Made by a program: the position numbers and the translations under genes
NCBI GenBank assembly: GCA_043799715.1
Contig: JAZDNM010000007.1
Span: forward strand, 21,265 to 85,264
Length of the DNA stretch: 64,000 nucleotides
Source: an archaeon
GTDB lineage: Archaea; Nanobdellota; Nanobdellia; Pacearchaeales; DTIR01
Reading direction: 5' to 3'
Part shown: one piece after another, positions 24,122 to 33,250 of the stretch
Layout of the letters: the number at the start of each line of letters is the position of its first letter
How positions within the stretch are numbered: position 1 is the first letter of the stretch
Notes under the pieces: generated by a model
The model's input: only the letters and a program-made list of their open reading frames with translations
Told to the model about the DNA's origin: nothing
Database searches by the model: none

Positions 24122-24633
24122 TTTTGCTTCTTTCTTTCTAGAACTCGGATTTCGCAGACTGCAAGAGGATAAATCTTCTTCAATGCAACTGACAAATCCT
24201 TCTGAATTTTTGATGCCACTACCTCAGAGAAAACCTCTGCTGATTCCCTCTCCTTGCAGAAGTCCAGAATAATCTCCTTTGCCCTGTCCCTTATTGCTTT
24301 CCTTATGCTTCTTGAAACCTTCTTCCTTGTTATAAGGAACGGCTTTATCCTCAATGTAACATCCTTGCACTTGGCATCAAAAGAATCCTCAATGTAGTTT
24401 GTCCCTTTCCTGATTAGCCTTCTTATATGGAAATTCAAAAGGTTAAGCTTTTTTGGATGCGCTTCAAGGTTTTTTGATGAAATTACAAAAATTCCCTCCA
24501 TGCTCTTGCCCCTGAGAATCCTTGTCAAGTCCAGCTTCATTGTCCTGCCGTCAACCTGCTCAGGAGTGCCTTCTATTGATACTGTCTCGCCAATCAATGG
24601 AATTTTTATTTCAACGGTTTTTCTTGTCGCCAT
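24118..24633 (-). CDS. rps3ae: 30S ribosomal protein S3Ae (eS1)
   Basis: MATRKTVEIKIPLIGE...DLTRILRGKSMEG...RRLIRKGTNYIEDSF. The start is taken at the Met after the L44e overlap. Confidence 0.85.
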   Translation of the reverse strand: MATRKTVEIKIPLIGETVSIEGTPEQVDGRTMKLDLTRILRGKSMEGIFVISSKNLEAHPKKLNLLNFHIRRLIRKGTNYIEDSFDAKCKDVTLRIKPFLITRKKVSRSIRKAIRDRAKEIILDFCKERESAEVFSEVVASKIQKDLSVALKKIYPLAVCEIRVLERKKQN

Positions 24634-24958
24634 ATTCTGTTTTTGCCTTCTCCTCAAATGTTATTTTGCCTGATCTTATTCCCTTTGACTGCATTGTTGA
24701 TTTTTTGCAGACAGCGCAGGTATATAAAATGTTTGTCTTTTTTGTTGATTTTGTCTTCCTTTTCCATGCTGTAATTGGCGGCTTGCTGTATCTTCCAAGA
24801 TTGCCTGAACCCCTCCACTGCCCTCTTTTTTTAACCCTGCTCTTGCCGCCCCTTTTCATGCTTCCTCTTTTATGCCCTGAGCTGACAAGGCTGACTTTCT
24901 GCTCTGTATGCTTCTTGCAGTACGGGCAATACCTTCTTGTTTTCTTAACGAGTTTCAT
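24611..24958 (-). CDS. rpl44e: 50S ribosomal protein L44e (eL42)
   Basis: RRYCPYCKKHTEQKV...YTCAVCKKSTMQSKG, a four-Cys zinc ribbon in a basic protein. Confidence 0.85.
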   Translation of the reverse strand: MKLVKKTRRYCPYCKKHTEQKVSLVSSGHKRGSMKRGGKSRVKKRGQWRGSGNLGRYSKPPITAWKRKTKSTKKTNILYTCAVCKKSTMQSKGIRSGKITFEEKAKTEYGDKKNR

Positions 24959-25020
24959 TTTTACTATGTTGGCAGAAAAAAAGCGTATTTAAATATTTCC
25001 TCGGTCAGCTTTGTATTTCC

Positions 25021-25578
25021 TCAGTCCTCGGTTATCATCTCTGCCTTGTTATCCTGCACAAGAATCTGGGCTATCTCAGAAGGCAGATTTGCAACTTCTC
25101 CCTCTTTGAAAGGACCAAGAACATTGCCTTCTGCATCAAGAAAGCTCTGGGAATCGGATTTGAACCTCAAAAGGATGTGCATCATCTCCTTTTCCTGTAT
25201 ACCGTTGAGCATATTGCTGAAATCCTTGTTGATTTTCTCGAGCTGCTGCGTTACTTCCTGGAAAAGCGTTTTTTCAAACGGCAGCATATTGTCAAAATCC
25301 CTCTTGCTTATGCCTGTTTCAGAGGATATAAACGCGAGATTCAATATTTTTTTCTTCCTTCTCAGAACAAGCTCCTTGATAAGCTCTATTGTGTTGTCAA
25401 GCTGCTTTTTTGTCTTGACAATGACTTCAGCGAACATGTCGGTTTCCTTGCTGATAATCTCTTTTTTTTCAGAAATGTATGCAGAAACCTCATTGAAGAA
25501 AGATTTTGCTAAGGGCTGCAGCTCCTCAGAATACTTTTCCTTCCTAAGCAAATCGTAAATGTCCTGATATGATATCAT
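25021..25578 (-). CDS. GINS complex subunit (Gins51/Gins15-like)
   Basis: 185 aa with an N-terminal YQDIYDLLRKEKYSEELQPL...FFNEVSAYI helical pattern and a small C-terminal beta domain. It lies 9 nt downstream of apgM. Confidence 0.45.
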   Translation of the reverse strand: MISYQDIYDLLRKEKYSEELQPLAKSFFNEVSAYISEKKEIISKETDMFAEVIVKTKKQLDNTIELIKELVLRRKKKILNLAFISSETGISKRDFDNMLPFEKTLFQEVTQQLEKINKDFSNMLNGIQEKEMMHILLRFKSDSQSFLDAEGNVLGPFKEGEVANLPSEIAQILVQDNKAEMITED

Positions 25579-25587
25579 TTTCCCTAG

Positions 25588-26823
25588 TCATGCCAGTATC
25601 AGCTTTAATATCCCTGAACTGGCTGTGTTCCCCAAAGAGCCTTTTTTTGACTCTTTCTCTGAAAATCTTGCTGTGTCATCTCTCCCAATCCCATAGATAA
25701 GCAGCGGCACTGCATCTGAACAATGAAGCTTCAGGTTACATGCAGTTGCATGATCAACTGTCACGATAATTTTGAATTTTTCCTTTGATTCAAGCTGCCT
25801 GACAAAGCCAAAGAACTCCTTGTCTATAATCTCAATCATTTTTTTCTTGTCAAGAGGCCTGTTGTCGTGCCCTGGCAAATCAGTTTCCTTGAAATGGATA
25901 TAGAAATAATCGTGCTTTTTGCTGTTACGGAGTATATGCTTCTTTGCCTGCTCTATTGTTGCATTCAGCGATGCATAGAGATTTTTATAAACATCATAAT
26001 TCTTCATTTCAGGAAGGTTCACTGGATAGAGCTGCATCCCTGCAAGTTTTGCTATGCCTTTTTCAAGCGGCATTCCGGCAACTGCCGCCCATTTTCCCGG
26101 AATTTTTTCTATCTCTCTGAATTCAGAGCCCGCATCCCTTGTGAGAATTATGTTGGCGGGAAGAAGTTTTTTTTCAGCCCGCATCTTGTTTATAGGATGA
26201 TTCTTCAGTATGAAATAGGAATGCTCGACAAATTCATTCACAATGTTTGCACTGAGCTTAGAGGTTTCATCATCATCAAGCGGAATCGAATAATGCAGTT
26301 CGTCCTGCTTTTTTGGCTTGAATACTGAAACATCCGTATCTGTTATGTTGTCTGAAAAGCCGCCTTTTATGACTAGAATTCCCCTATGCTGGACAGTCGG
26401 CTTGAACACAAACTTGTAAGGAATTTTAACGCCTTTATTTATTGCCTTCGCAAGTATAAGGGATTCCCTTGTTGTCAAGGTTCTTCCTGCTCTCCGGTCA
26501 ATAATTTTTCCTTCCTTGATATTGTTTACAGTGGCAAAATTTGTCCTTAAAGCCAAATCACCATAGTTAAGCTTTACATCCGCCCCGATTGCCTCTATTG
26601 TGCCTCTTGAAATAATTTCGGGATTGTATCCAAGAATTGCGAAAACGCCCTCATTTGATTCAGGGGTTACATTCTCGCTCACAAGATGGGAGTATCCCTG
26701 CTTGCCTTCTTTTGCGAAAAAATCAAGATTTGGCGTTGATGCTGCTTCGAGGGGAGTTTTTCCATCCAGTTCATCGCATGCCCTGTCAGACGCCCCGTCA
26801 AGCACAACCAAAAGCGTTTTCAT
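25588..26823 (-). CDS. apgM: Cofactor-independent phosphoglycerate mutase, archaeal type (ApgM / alkaline-phosphatase superfamily)
   Basis: MKTLLVVLDGASDR...GKTPLEAASTPNLD...TVDHATA. The start at 26823 is supported by a TTTATAAAT box at -29. Confidence 0.8.
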   Translation of the reverse strand: MKTLLVVLDGASDRACDELDGKTPLEAASTPNLDFFAKEGKQGYSHLVSENVTPESNEGVFAILGYNPEIISRGTIEAIGADVKLNYGDLALRTNFATVNNIKEGKIIDRRAGRTLTTRESLILAKAINKGVKIPYKFVFKPTVQHRGILVIKGGFSDNITDTDVSVFKPKKQDELHYSIPLDDDETSKLSANIVNEFVEHSYFILKNHPINKMRAEKKLLPANIILTRDAGSEFREIEKIPGKWAAVAGMPLEKGIAKLAGMQLYPVNLPEMKNYDVYKNLYASLNATIEQAKKHILRNSKKHDYFYIHFKETDLPGHDNRPLDKKKMIEIIDKEFFGFVRQLESKEKFKIIVTVDHATACNLKLHCSDAVPLLIYGIGRDDTARFSEKESKKGSLGNTASSGILKLILA

Positions 26824-26843
26824 TGTTTCTGAAGGCTCTCCGG

Positions 26844-26882
26844 ATTTATAAACATTTAACAGCACTCCAAATCTTTATAAAT
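26844..26882. promoter_or_regulatory. Divergent TTTATAAAT promoter pair (apgM minus strand, ftsY plus strand)
   Basis: The boxes at 26844-26852 (minus) and 26874-26882 (plus) each start 29 nt before their ATG. Confidence 0.6.
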
Positions 26883-26902
26883 TCCCGAAGATTTTTTAGC
26901 AT

Positions 26903-27982
26903 ATGTTCAAATTTCTGAAGGAAAAATTAAAGGGCTTCTTCAAAAAAGGCGCAGAGGAAACAATTGAGAAAGCTGCAGAAGAGCGGGAAGAAGAAACAAT
27001 TGAGAAAAAGCATCCGATTAAAACTGAACTGAAAAAAAAGGAAACGAACATAACAGAAATTCCAAAAGAGAAAAAGGAGAGTGAGCCGGAGATGCAGGAA
27101 GAAAAACCGAAAGAGGGCTTTTTTTCAAGATTAAAAAAAAGATATTCCTTTAAAATCAGCGAGGATATGTTCAGCAAGTTCTGGGCTGAGCTTGAGATTG
27201 CGCTTCTCGAGGGGAATGTCGCAATTGAGGTTGTAGAAAAAGTAAAGCATGAACTTCACAGCAGCCTTGTAGGCATTGAAGCTGAAAAGGAAAAAGTGAA
27301 GGAGTTGATAAAAACTGAACTGAAAAAAGCGCTTCTTGGCATTATGGCTGAGCCGTTTGACATTATAAGCAGGATAAACTCGGGAAAGAAGCCCTATGTA
27401 ATTGTTCTTTTCGGCATAAATGGCTCGGGAAAGACAACAACAATAGCAAAGCTCGCGTTTTATCTCAAGCAGAGAAATTTAAGCTGTGTTCTTGCTGCTT
27501 CTGACACATTCAGGGCTGCGTCAATAGAACAGATTGAAAAGCATGCGGCAAAACTCGGAGTAAAAGTCATAAAGCACAGCTATGGTGCTGACGCTGCTGC
27601 AGTTGCATTTGACGCAGTTGAATACGCAAAATCACACAGTATCGATGTTGTGCTTGTTGATACAGCAGGCAGGATGCACAACCAGTCCAATCTCATGAGG
27701 GAAATGGAAAAAATATGCAGGGTTGCAAAGCCGGATATGAAAATATTCATAGGCGAAGCAACAGTTGGGAATGACATGATTGAACAGGCAAAGGATTTTT
27801 CAGAGAAAATAGGCATTGATGCAATAATCCTGTCAAAAGCTGATGTTGACGAGAAAGGCGGGGCGGCAGTTTCAGCAAGTTATATTGCAAAAAAGCCGGT
27901 TATTTTTCTCGGTACAGGCCAGGAATATAAGGACTTGGAGCTGTTTGACAGGGAAAAGATTCTTGAAAGAATAGGGCTTTGA
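26903..27982 (+). CDS. ftsY: Signal recognition particle receptor FtsY
   Basis: A charged N-terminus is followed by the NG domain (GINGSGKTTTIAKLA, DTAGR, SKADVDEKGG). Confidence 0.95.
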   Translation: MFKFLKEKLKGFFKKGAEETIEKAAEEREEETIEKKHPIKTELKKKETNITEIPKEKKESEPEMQEEKPKEGFFSRLKKRYSFKISEDMFSKFWAELEIALLEGNVAIEVVEKVKHELHSSLVGIEAEKEKVKELIKTELKKALLGIMAEPFDIISRINSGKKPYVIVLFGINGSGKTTTIAKLAFYLKQRNLSCVLAASDTFRAASIEQIEKHAAKLGVKVIKHSYGADAAAVAFDAVEYAKSHSIDVVLVDTAGRMHNQSNLMREMEKICRVAKPDMKIFIGEATVGNDMIEQAKDFSEKIGIDAIILSKADVDEKGGAAVSASYIAKKPVIFLGTGQEYKDLELFDREKILERIGL

Positions 27983-28026
27983 GCTGCTTGATTAATCTTT
28001 ATAAATATCCGTTCATTCCATCAGCA

Positions 28027-29400
28027 ATGGCTTTGGAAAAATTGGGAAGTGCATTGAAAGGGATAATAAACAAGATAGCTGGCAGCATATTCATTGACAA
28101 AAAAACGATTGACGCTGTATGCGATGAACTGAAACGTACGCTTATCGGAGCGGATGTTGATTTGGGGATGATAAACGAGATAACTGAAAAGCTGAAGAAG
28201 CTTGCATCAAGCGAAAGCATAAAGGGCATTGAGAAAAAAGAGCAGATTGTAAAGCTCCTGCATGATGAGATTGTTGATATTCTCGGAAAAAAGAAATATG
28301 AGATTGAAATTGAGAAAAAGAAATTCACAAAAATTATGTTTCTCGGGCTTTATGGCGCGGGAAAGACAACAACAATAGCAAAGCTCGCGTTTTATTACAG
28401 CAAGCGTGGATACAAGGTGTGCATGCTCGGGCTTGATGTTCACAGGCCTGCTGCGGCAGAGCAGCTTGAGCAGCTTGGCAAACAGATAAAGGTTGATGTT
28501 TTCATAGACAAGAATGAAAAAAATCCTGAAAAAATATTCAATAAATTCGAAAAAAAACTGGGGGAGTATGACATTGTGCTTGTTGATACAGCAGGCAGGG
28601 ATGGATTAAACAAGGATCTGATTGATGAAATAAAAAAAATTGACAGAAAAGTAAATCCCCAGTATTCAATCCTGGTTATGCCTGCTGATATCGGCAGGAG
28701 CGCAAGGAAGCAGGCGGCTGAATTCAAGAATTCATGCGGGATTTCAGGGGTTATATTGACAAGAATGGACGGGACAGCAAAAGCAGGCGGCGCTCTTGCT
28801 GCGTGCCATGAAACAAATGCCCCTGTGCTTTTTGTCGGAACAGGGGAGCATATTTCGGATATTGAAGTCATGAACCCTACAAGCTTTGTATCAAGAATGC
28901 TCGGCTATGGCGACATGGAAGCACTGCTTGATAAAGTAAAAGCATCAACAGAGGAAAAAAAGCCAGGCGAAAAAAAAGAGGATTTCACATTGCTTGATTT
29001 CTACGAGCAGATAAAGGCAACGCAGTCTCTTGGCCCTTTAGGCAAGATAACAGAATTGATTCCGGGGCTTGGGAACATAAAAATGCCCAAAGATTTAATT
29101 GAGGGACAGCAGGAAAAGATGAAGAGATGGAAGTTTGCAATAGACAGCATGACTCTTGAGGAAATAGAAAATCCAGAAGTGCTTGAAAAGGAAACAGCGA
29201 GGATATCGAGGATAGCAAAGGGCTCCGGGGTTTCTGCAGGCGATGTAAGGGAGCTGATAAACCAATACAAGCTCATCAGGGGCATGGCGCAAAGCAAACA
29301 GAACCTTGATTTGTCAAGGATACAGAATGCAGGGGATTTAAGAGGCCTGGGCATAAACCAGAAGCAGCTGAAGAAGCTTGCAAAAAAATTCAAGTTTTAA
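28027..29400 (+). CDS. srp54: Signal recognition particle protein SRP54
   Basis: The NG domain (GLYGAGKTTTIAKLA, DTAGR, TRMDGTAKAGGAL) is followed by a Met-rich M domain. The start at 28027 is supported by TTTATAAAT at -29. Confidence 0.95.
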   Translation: MALEKLGSALKGIINKIAGSIFIDKKTIDAVCDELKRTLIGADVDLGMINEITEKLKKLASSESIKGIEKKEQIVKLLHDEIVDILGKKKYEIEIEKKKFTKIMFLGLYGAGKTTTIAKLAFYYSKRGYKVCMLGLDVHRPAAAEQLEQLGKQIKVDVFIDKNEKNPEKIFNKFEKKLGEYDIVLVDTAGRDGLNKDLIDEIKKIDRKVNPQYSILVMPADIGRSARKQAAEFKNSCGISGVILTRMDGTAKAGGALAACHETNAPVLFVGTGEHISDIEVMNPTSFVSRMLGYGDMEALLDKVKASTEEKKPGEKKEDFTLLDFYEQIKATQSLGPLGKITELIPGLGNIKMPKDLIEGQQEKMKRWKFAIDSMTLEEIENPEVLEKETARISRIAKGSGVSAGDVRELINQYKLIRGMAQSKQNLDLSRIQNAGDLRGLGINQKQLKKLAKKFKF

Positions 29401-29409
29401 ATTTTAAAA

Positions 29410-29667
29410 ATGAACAGCGAGATTTTTGCGTATATAGGGGGATTTCTTGTTATTACATGCTTGATTCCCCAGATAATAAAGTCCTTCAGGACAAAAAGCA
29501 CAAAGGACTTGTCCTTATACATGGTTGTGCTTGCCTTGCTCGGCGGCATTTCCTACACCTTTTTTGGGTTTTCGATAGGAAGCATTGCAATAATCTCAAC
29601 AAATCTTATATACTGCATTTTTGCAGTCATGCAGCTTTTTCTTAAAATAAAATACACAAAAAAATAA
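29410..29667 (+). CDS. PQ-loop / SemiSWEET-type small membrane transporter
   Basis: 85 aa with three TM helices and a PQ motif (CLIPQIIKSFRTKST). Confidence 0.6.
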   Translation: MNSEIFAYIGGFLVITCLIPQIIKSFRTKSTKDLSLYMVVLALLGGISYTFFGFSIGSIAIISTNLIYCIFAVMQLFLKIKYTKK

Positions 29668-29668
29668 A

Positions 29669-30280
29669 ATGGAAGAGATAATCGCACAGGGAGCAGAGGC
29701 ATTGCTTGTCAGACAGAACTGCCAATTAATCAAAAGAAGGATAAAGAAAGGGTACAGGCATCCGCTTCTTGATGGGAAATTAAGAAAAACAAGGACAAGA
29801 AAAGAGGCGAAACTGTTTGAAAAGGCATCCGGGCTGATAAACGTGCCTGCTGTTTCCTCTGTCGACGAAAAGAATATGGAGATTAAGATGGATTTCATAA
29901 ACGGCAGAAAAATGAGCGATGTCCTTGACTCATTCAGCATGAAAAAATCTTCTGCAATATGCGAGAATATCGGAAAGTCTATTGCAAAAATCCATGATGC
30001 AGGAATTATACATGGGGACTTGACAACAAGCAACATGATTCTTAATGAAGACAGAATTTTCTTTGTGGATTTCGGCTTGGGATTTGAAAGCCAGAAAGTC
30101 GAGGACAAGGCAGTTGACTTGCATCTGCTGAAACAGGCATTTGAATCAAGGCATTTCGAGAGGGGAAAGGAGTATTTTGATTCTGCAATCGGAGGGTATA
30201 AAATTTCCAAAAATGCAAATGCAGTTTTAAAGCAACTGGAAAAAGTGGAGGCAAGAGGCAGATACAAGGGCAAACATTAA
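29669..30280 (+). CDS. bud32: Bud32/PRPK atypical kinase (KEOPS subunit)
   Basis: 203 aa with GAEALL, IIHGDLTTSNMIL, FVDFGLG and EDKAVDLHLL. Confidence 0.85.
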   Translation: MEEIIAQGAEALLVRQNCQLIKRRIKKGYRHPLLDGKLRKTRTRKEAKLFEKASGLINVPAVSSVDEKNMEIKMDFINGRKMSDVLDSFSMKKSSAICENIGKSIAKIHDAGIIHGDLTTSNMILNEDRIFFVDFGLGFESQKVEDKAVDLHLLKQAFESRHFERGKEYFDSAIGGYKISKNANAVLKQLEKVEARGRYKGKH

Positions 30281-30313
30281 GATTTTTAAGTTCTCATTCT
30301 TTTGTTTTTAGAC

Positions 30314-30422
30314 AGCCCCATAGTACAGCGGTCCAGTATGATGCCCTTTGGAGGAAGGTATCGGAAACCTTGGTTTCTGATGAAGAAAGGCATAGACCCA
30401 GGTTCGAATCCTGGTGGGGCTA
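30314..30422 (+). tRNA. tRNA-Gln (anticodon UUG) with 36-nt intron at 37/38 (30352-30387)
   Basis: The acceptor pair is AGCCCCA/TGGGGCT, with the A1:U72 pair typical of archaeal tRNA-Gln. Anticodon stem is ATGCC/GGCAT and T-arm is CCAGG-TTCGAAT-CCTGG. Confidence 0.85.
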
Positions 30423-30473
30423 CTTCTTTTTTGCAAAGGAAAGGTTTAAAAAATAAATCCTTTAGGTATTGGG

Positions 30474-30839
30474 ATGAAATCACAGAAAACAGAAAACATT
30501 GAAAAGCCTTTGTGGCTGAAAAGAAGCGCTGAGGAAGTTGAATCGCTTGTCCTCAAATTTGCCAAGCAGGACATCAGCAGCGAGAAGATAGGGCTGATAC
30601 TCAGGGATACATACGGAATACCCACAACAAAAATAATCTCCGGAAAGATAACAAAAATCCTCGCAAGGCACAATGTCGAGCAGGTAAGCCCGGAACTTGA
30701 CAATTTGAAAAAAAGCGCTGAAAAGCTTAAACTGCATATAGAAAAGAACAAGCAGGATAAGGTGGCGAAAAGGGGTTTACAAATGACACAGGCAAAACTG
30801 ATAAAGCTTGATAAATACTACAAGCGCAAAATAAAATAG
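30474..30839 (+). CDS. rps15: 30S ribosomal protein S15 (uS15/S13e)
   Basis: 121 aa: LILRDTYGIP...HIEKNKQDKVAKRGLQMTQAKL. A TTTAAAAAA box sits at -29. Confidence 0.9.
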   Translation: MKSQKTENIEKPLWLKRSAEEVESLVLKFAKQDISSEKIGLILRDTYGIPTTKIISGKITKILARHNVEQVSPELDNLKKSAEKLKLHIEKNKQDKVAKRGLQMTQAKLIKLDKYYKRKIK

Positions 30840-30854
30840 TTTAGGCGCCTGTCT

Positions 30855-32228
30855 TTGTCTAAAATGCTTAAAGCAATAGAGGGCATTATCCAAGAATTCC
30901 GGGAAGCAAGCAAAAGTTCTGTGATAAGGATAATCAGCCACTATGACAGCGACGGAATAACCGCGGCGTCAATTCTCTCAAAAGCGCTCCAGCGAGAAGA
31001 TAAAAATTTCTCTGTGACAATAGTCAAGCAGCTTGAAAGCTCCTTTATCGAGGGCTTGAAGGAGATTGTAAAGAATCCAAAGGAAATGCTGATTTTTCTC
31101 GACCTTGGCTCTTCTGCGCTTGAGCAGCTATCAAAACTTCCTGCTGAAATTTTTGTCTTTGACCATCACGAAATAAACAGCAGCGAGGAATCGCAAAATG
31201 CGAAGAATATTCATTTCATCAACCCGCACAGTTTCAATGAGGAAGTCAGCGCAGCAGGACTAGTATATCTTTTTGCAAAGGCGCTAAATCCAGCGAACAA
31301 AGATTTGGCTGGCTTGGCGATAATTGGCATGGTGGGGGATATGCTTGAACAGAGCATAAGCAAGATGAACAACCATATCATGAAAGATGCCGCTGACTTG
31401 ACAGTAAAACAGGGCTTGCTTATTTTTTCTGCTGCGAGGCCTCTTAACAAGGCACTTGAGCTAAGCTCTGACATATTCATTCCAGGAGTCAGCGGCTCGG
31501 CTTCAGGAACTATTGACTTGCTGAGGGAGATAGGGATAAAAATCTCAAATGGAAGATATCCAAGCATGCTTGAAATCAGCAAAGAGGAGCTTTCAAGGCT
31601 TATAACAACAATAATGCTAAGGCGGCTTCATATAGACAAGGAAAAAGAGAAAAACATAATCGGAAATATTTATCTGCTGAAATTTTTTGGCAAGGTTGAG
31701 GACATAAGGGAGTTAAGCGCGCTGATAAATGCATGCGGGAGGCTTGGTTATCCGGATATTGCACTTGCATTCTGCCTGGGCAGCAGGGATGCAAAGAACA
31801 GGGCAGAGGAAATATACGCAAAATACAAGCATGATTTGATAAAAGCACTGAGATGGGTTGAGAACAACAAGCATATCATGGGCAAGGGATATATGATAAT
31901 CAACGCAAAGGACAGCATAAGCGATTCAATAATAGGAACAACTCTCAGCATAATCTCCTCCTCATTCATATACGACGAGGGCACAATAATTGTGGGTCTT
32001 GCTTACCAGCAGGGCGGCAAAATAAAGGTTTCAGCGAGGATAGCAGGAAGAAGCAAGGACGGAGTTAATTTGCACAAGCTTATGGGCAAGGTGGCAGGAA
32101 CAGTCGGAGGCGAGGCTGGCGGGCATTCAAGAGCTGCAGGATGCATAATCCCTGTTTCCAAGGAAACAGAGTTTATCGAAGAGCTTGAAAAAGAGGCTGA
32201 AGCAGAGCAGATAAAAATTAGGGTTTAG
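30855..32228 (+). CDS. DHH/DHHA1 phosphoesterase, RecJ/GAN (Cdc45-like) nuclease
   Basis: HYDSDGITAASIL, FDHHE and GGHSRAAGC motifs. The S15-RecJ neighbourhood is common in archaea. The first ATG is at 30864. Confidence 0.8.
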   Translation: MSKMLKAIEGIIQEFREASKSSVIRIISHYDSDGITAASILSKALQREDKNFSVTIVKQLESSFIEGLKEIVKNPKEMLIFLDLGSSALEQLSKLPAEIFVFDHHEINSSEESQNAKNIHFINPHSFNEEVSAAGLVYLFAKALNPANKDLAGLAIIGMVGDMLEQSISKMNNHIMKDAADLTVKQGLLIFSAARPLNKALELSSDIFIPGVSGSASGTIDLLREIGIKISNGRYPSMLEISKEELSRLITTIMLRRLHIDKEKEKNIIGNIYLLKFFGKVEDIRELSALINACGRLGYPDIALAFCLGSRDAKNRAEEIYAKYKHDLIKALRWVENNKHIMGKGYMIINAKDSISDSIIGTTLSIISSSFIYDEGTIIVGLAYQQGGKIKVSARIAGRSKDGVNLHKLMGKVAGTVGGEAGGHSRAAGCIIPVSKETEFIEELEKEAEAEQIKIRV

Positions 32229-32304
32229 AGCATGCTAACAGCAGGGATAATGTCTGCCCTATTGACAAGATTTAAAAATGCAAGGAACAGGATAAGGGGA
32301 TAAA

Positions 32305-32493
32305 ATGGAACAGAAATTATCAATAACAAAAAGCAAGTTTATAAAAGTCAGATGCTCTGGCTGCAAGAACGAACAGATTATATTCGGCAGGGCTTCAAGC
32401 GAAATAAAATGTGTTATATGCGGGCAGGTTTTGTCTGAGCCGTCCGGTGGAAAGGGAAAAATCAAGGGAAGAATACTTGAATTCCTGAGCTGA
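32305..32493 (+). CDS. rps27e: 30S ribosomal protein S27e
   Basis: 62 aa with a C4 zinc ribbon (CSGCKNEQ...CVICGQ). Confidence 0.9.
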   Translation: MEQKLSITKSKFIKVRCSGCKNEQIIFGRASSEIKCVICGQVLSEPSGGKGKIKGRILEFLS

Positions 32494-32510
32494 TTATCTT
32501 CTTTTTAAAA

Positions 32511-33245
32511 ATGAAAATGAATGAACTGCCGCTGGAAAATGAAATTGTCTTGTGCATAGTGGACAGAATTCTCGGCACAACTGTATTTGTCAAGCTTCTG
32601 AAATACAGCAAAGAAGGAGTGATATCCACCTCTGAAGTCGCGCCTGGAAGAATAAGAAACATAAGGGATTATGTTATGGCAGGCAAGAGAATTGTCTGCA
32701 AGGTTTTGAGAGCAGACGAGAAAACAGGGAATATCGACTTGTCATTGAGAAGAGTGAGCAAAAAAGAAAGGGAAGATGCAGTTGAAGCGGATAAAAAGGA
32801 AAGGGATGCGTTCGCAATGCTTAAGATGATTTCAGGGGAAAAGGCAGAAGGAATTGCTGAAAAAATCCGTTTGGAACACGCAAAATTATCAGAATTTATC
32901 AGGGATATAAATTCAATTGACACTGAAAAATTCGGGCTGAGCAATGAAAGCAAGAAACAGATTGAAAAAATCATCAGCGAGAAGCCAAAGAAGATTGTTT
33001 CAGCAAAGGCGAAAATCAAACTCCAAAGCGAGGAGAGCAATGGAATTATAATGATAAAGGAGATTTTTTCAGAAATAATGAAATCATACAAAAATGTCAA
33101 AATAAGCTACATTTCAGCAACGAATTACTCTATATCTGTGAGCTCAGAGGACTATAAAGAGGCAAACAAAAAGCTTTCTGAAATCCTGAAGAAAATTGAA
33201 GAGTTGGCTGAAGAGAAGCACTGCGAGGCTGAATTTCTTGACTGA
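32511..33245 (+). CDS. eif2a: Translation initiation factor 2 subunit alpha (aIF2-alpha)
   Basis: An N-terminal S1 domain (GVISTSEVAPGRIRNIRDYV...DLSLRRV) is followed by helical and alpha-beta domains. Confidence 0.9.
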   Translation: MKMNELPLENEIVLCIVDRILGTTVFVKLLKYSKEGVISTSEVAPGRIRNIRDYVMAGKRIVCKVLRADEKTGNIDLSLRRVSKKEREDAVEADKKERDAFAMLKMISGEKAEGIAEKIRLEHAKLSEFIRDINSIDTEKFGLSNESKKQIEKIISEKPKKIVSAKAKIKLQSEESNGIIMIKEIFSEIMKSYKNVKISYISATNYSISVSSEDYKEANKKLSEILKKIEELAEEKHCEAEFLD

Positions 33246-33250
33246 TTCAG

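Noticed and set aside
24522-25558. 156-aa and 216-aa plus-strand ORFs
   Set aside because: They are antisense shadows of the L44e, S3Ae and GINS genes, with Leu/Ser/Phe-rich composition and no promoter or Shine-Dalgarno.
29596-30273. 225-aa minus-strand ORF
   Set aside because: It is antisense to the well-supported Bud32 kinase gene.
30286-30502. Two 65-66-aa ORFs on opposite strands
   Set aside because: Both simply span the intron-containing tRNA-Gln gene.
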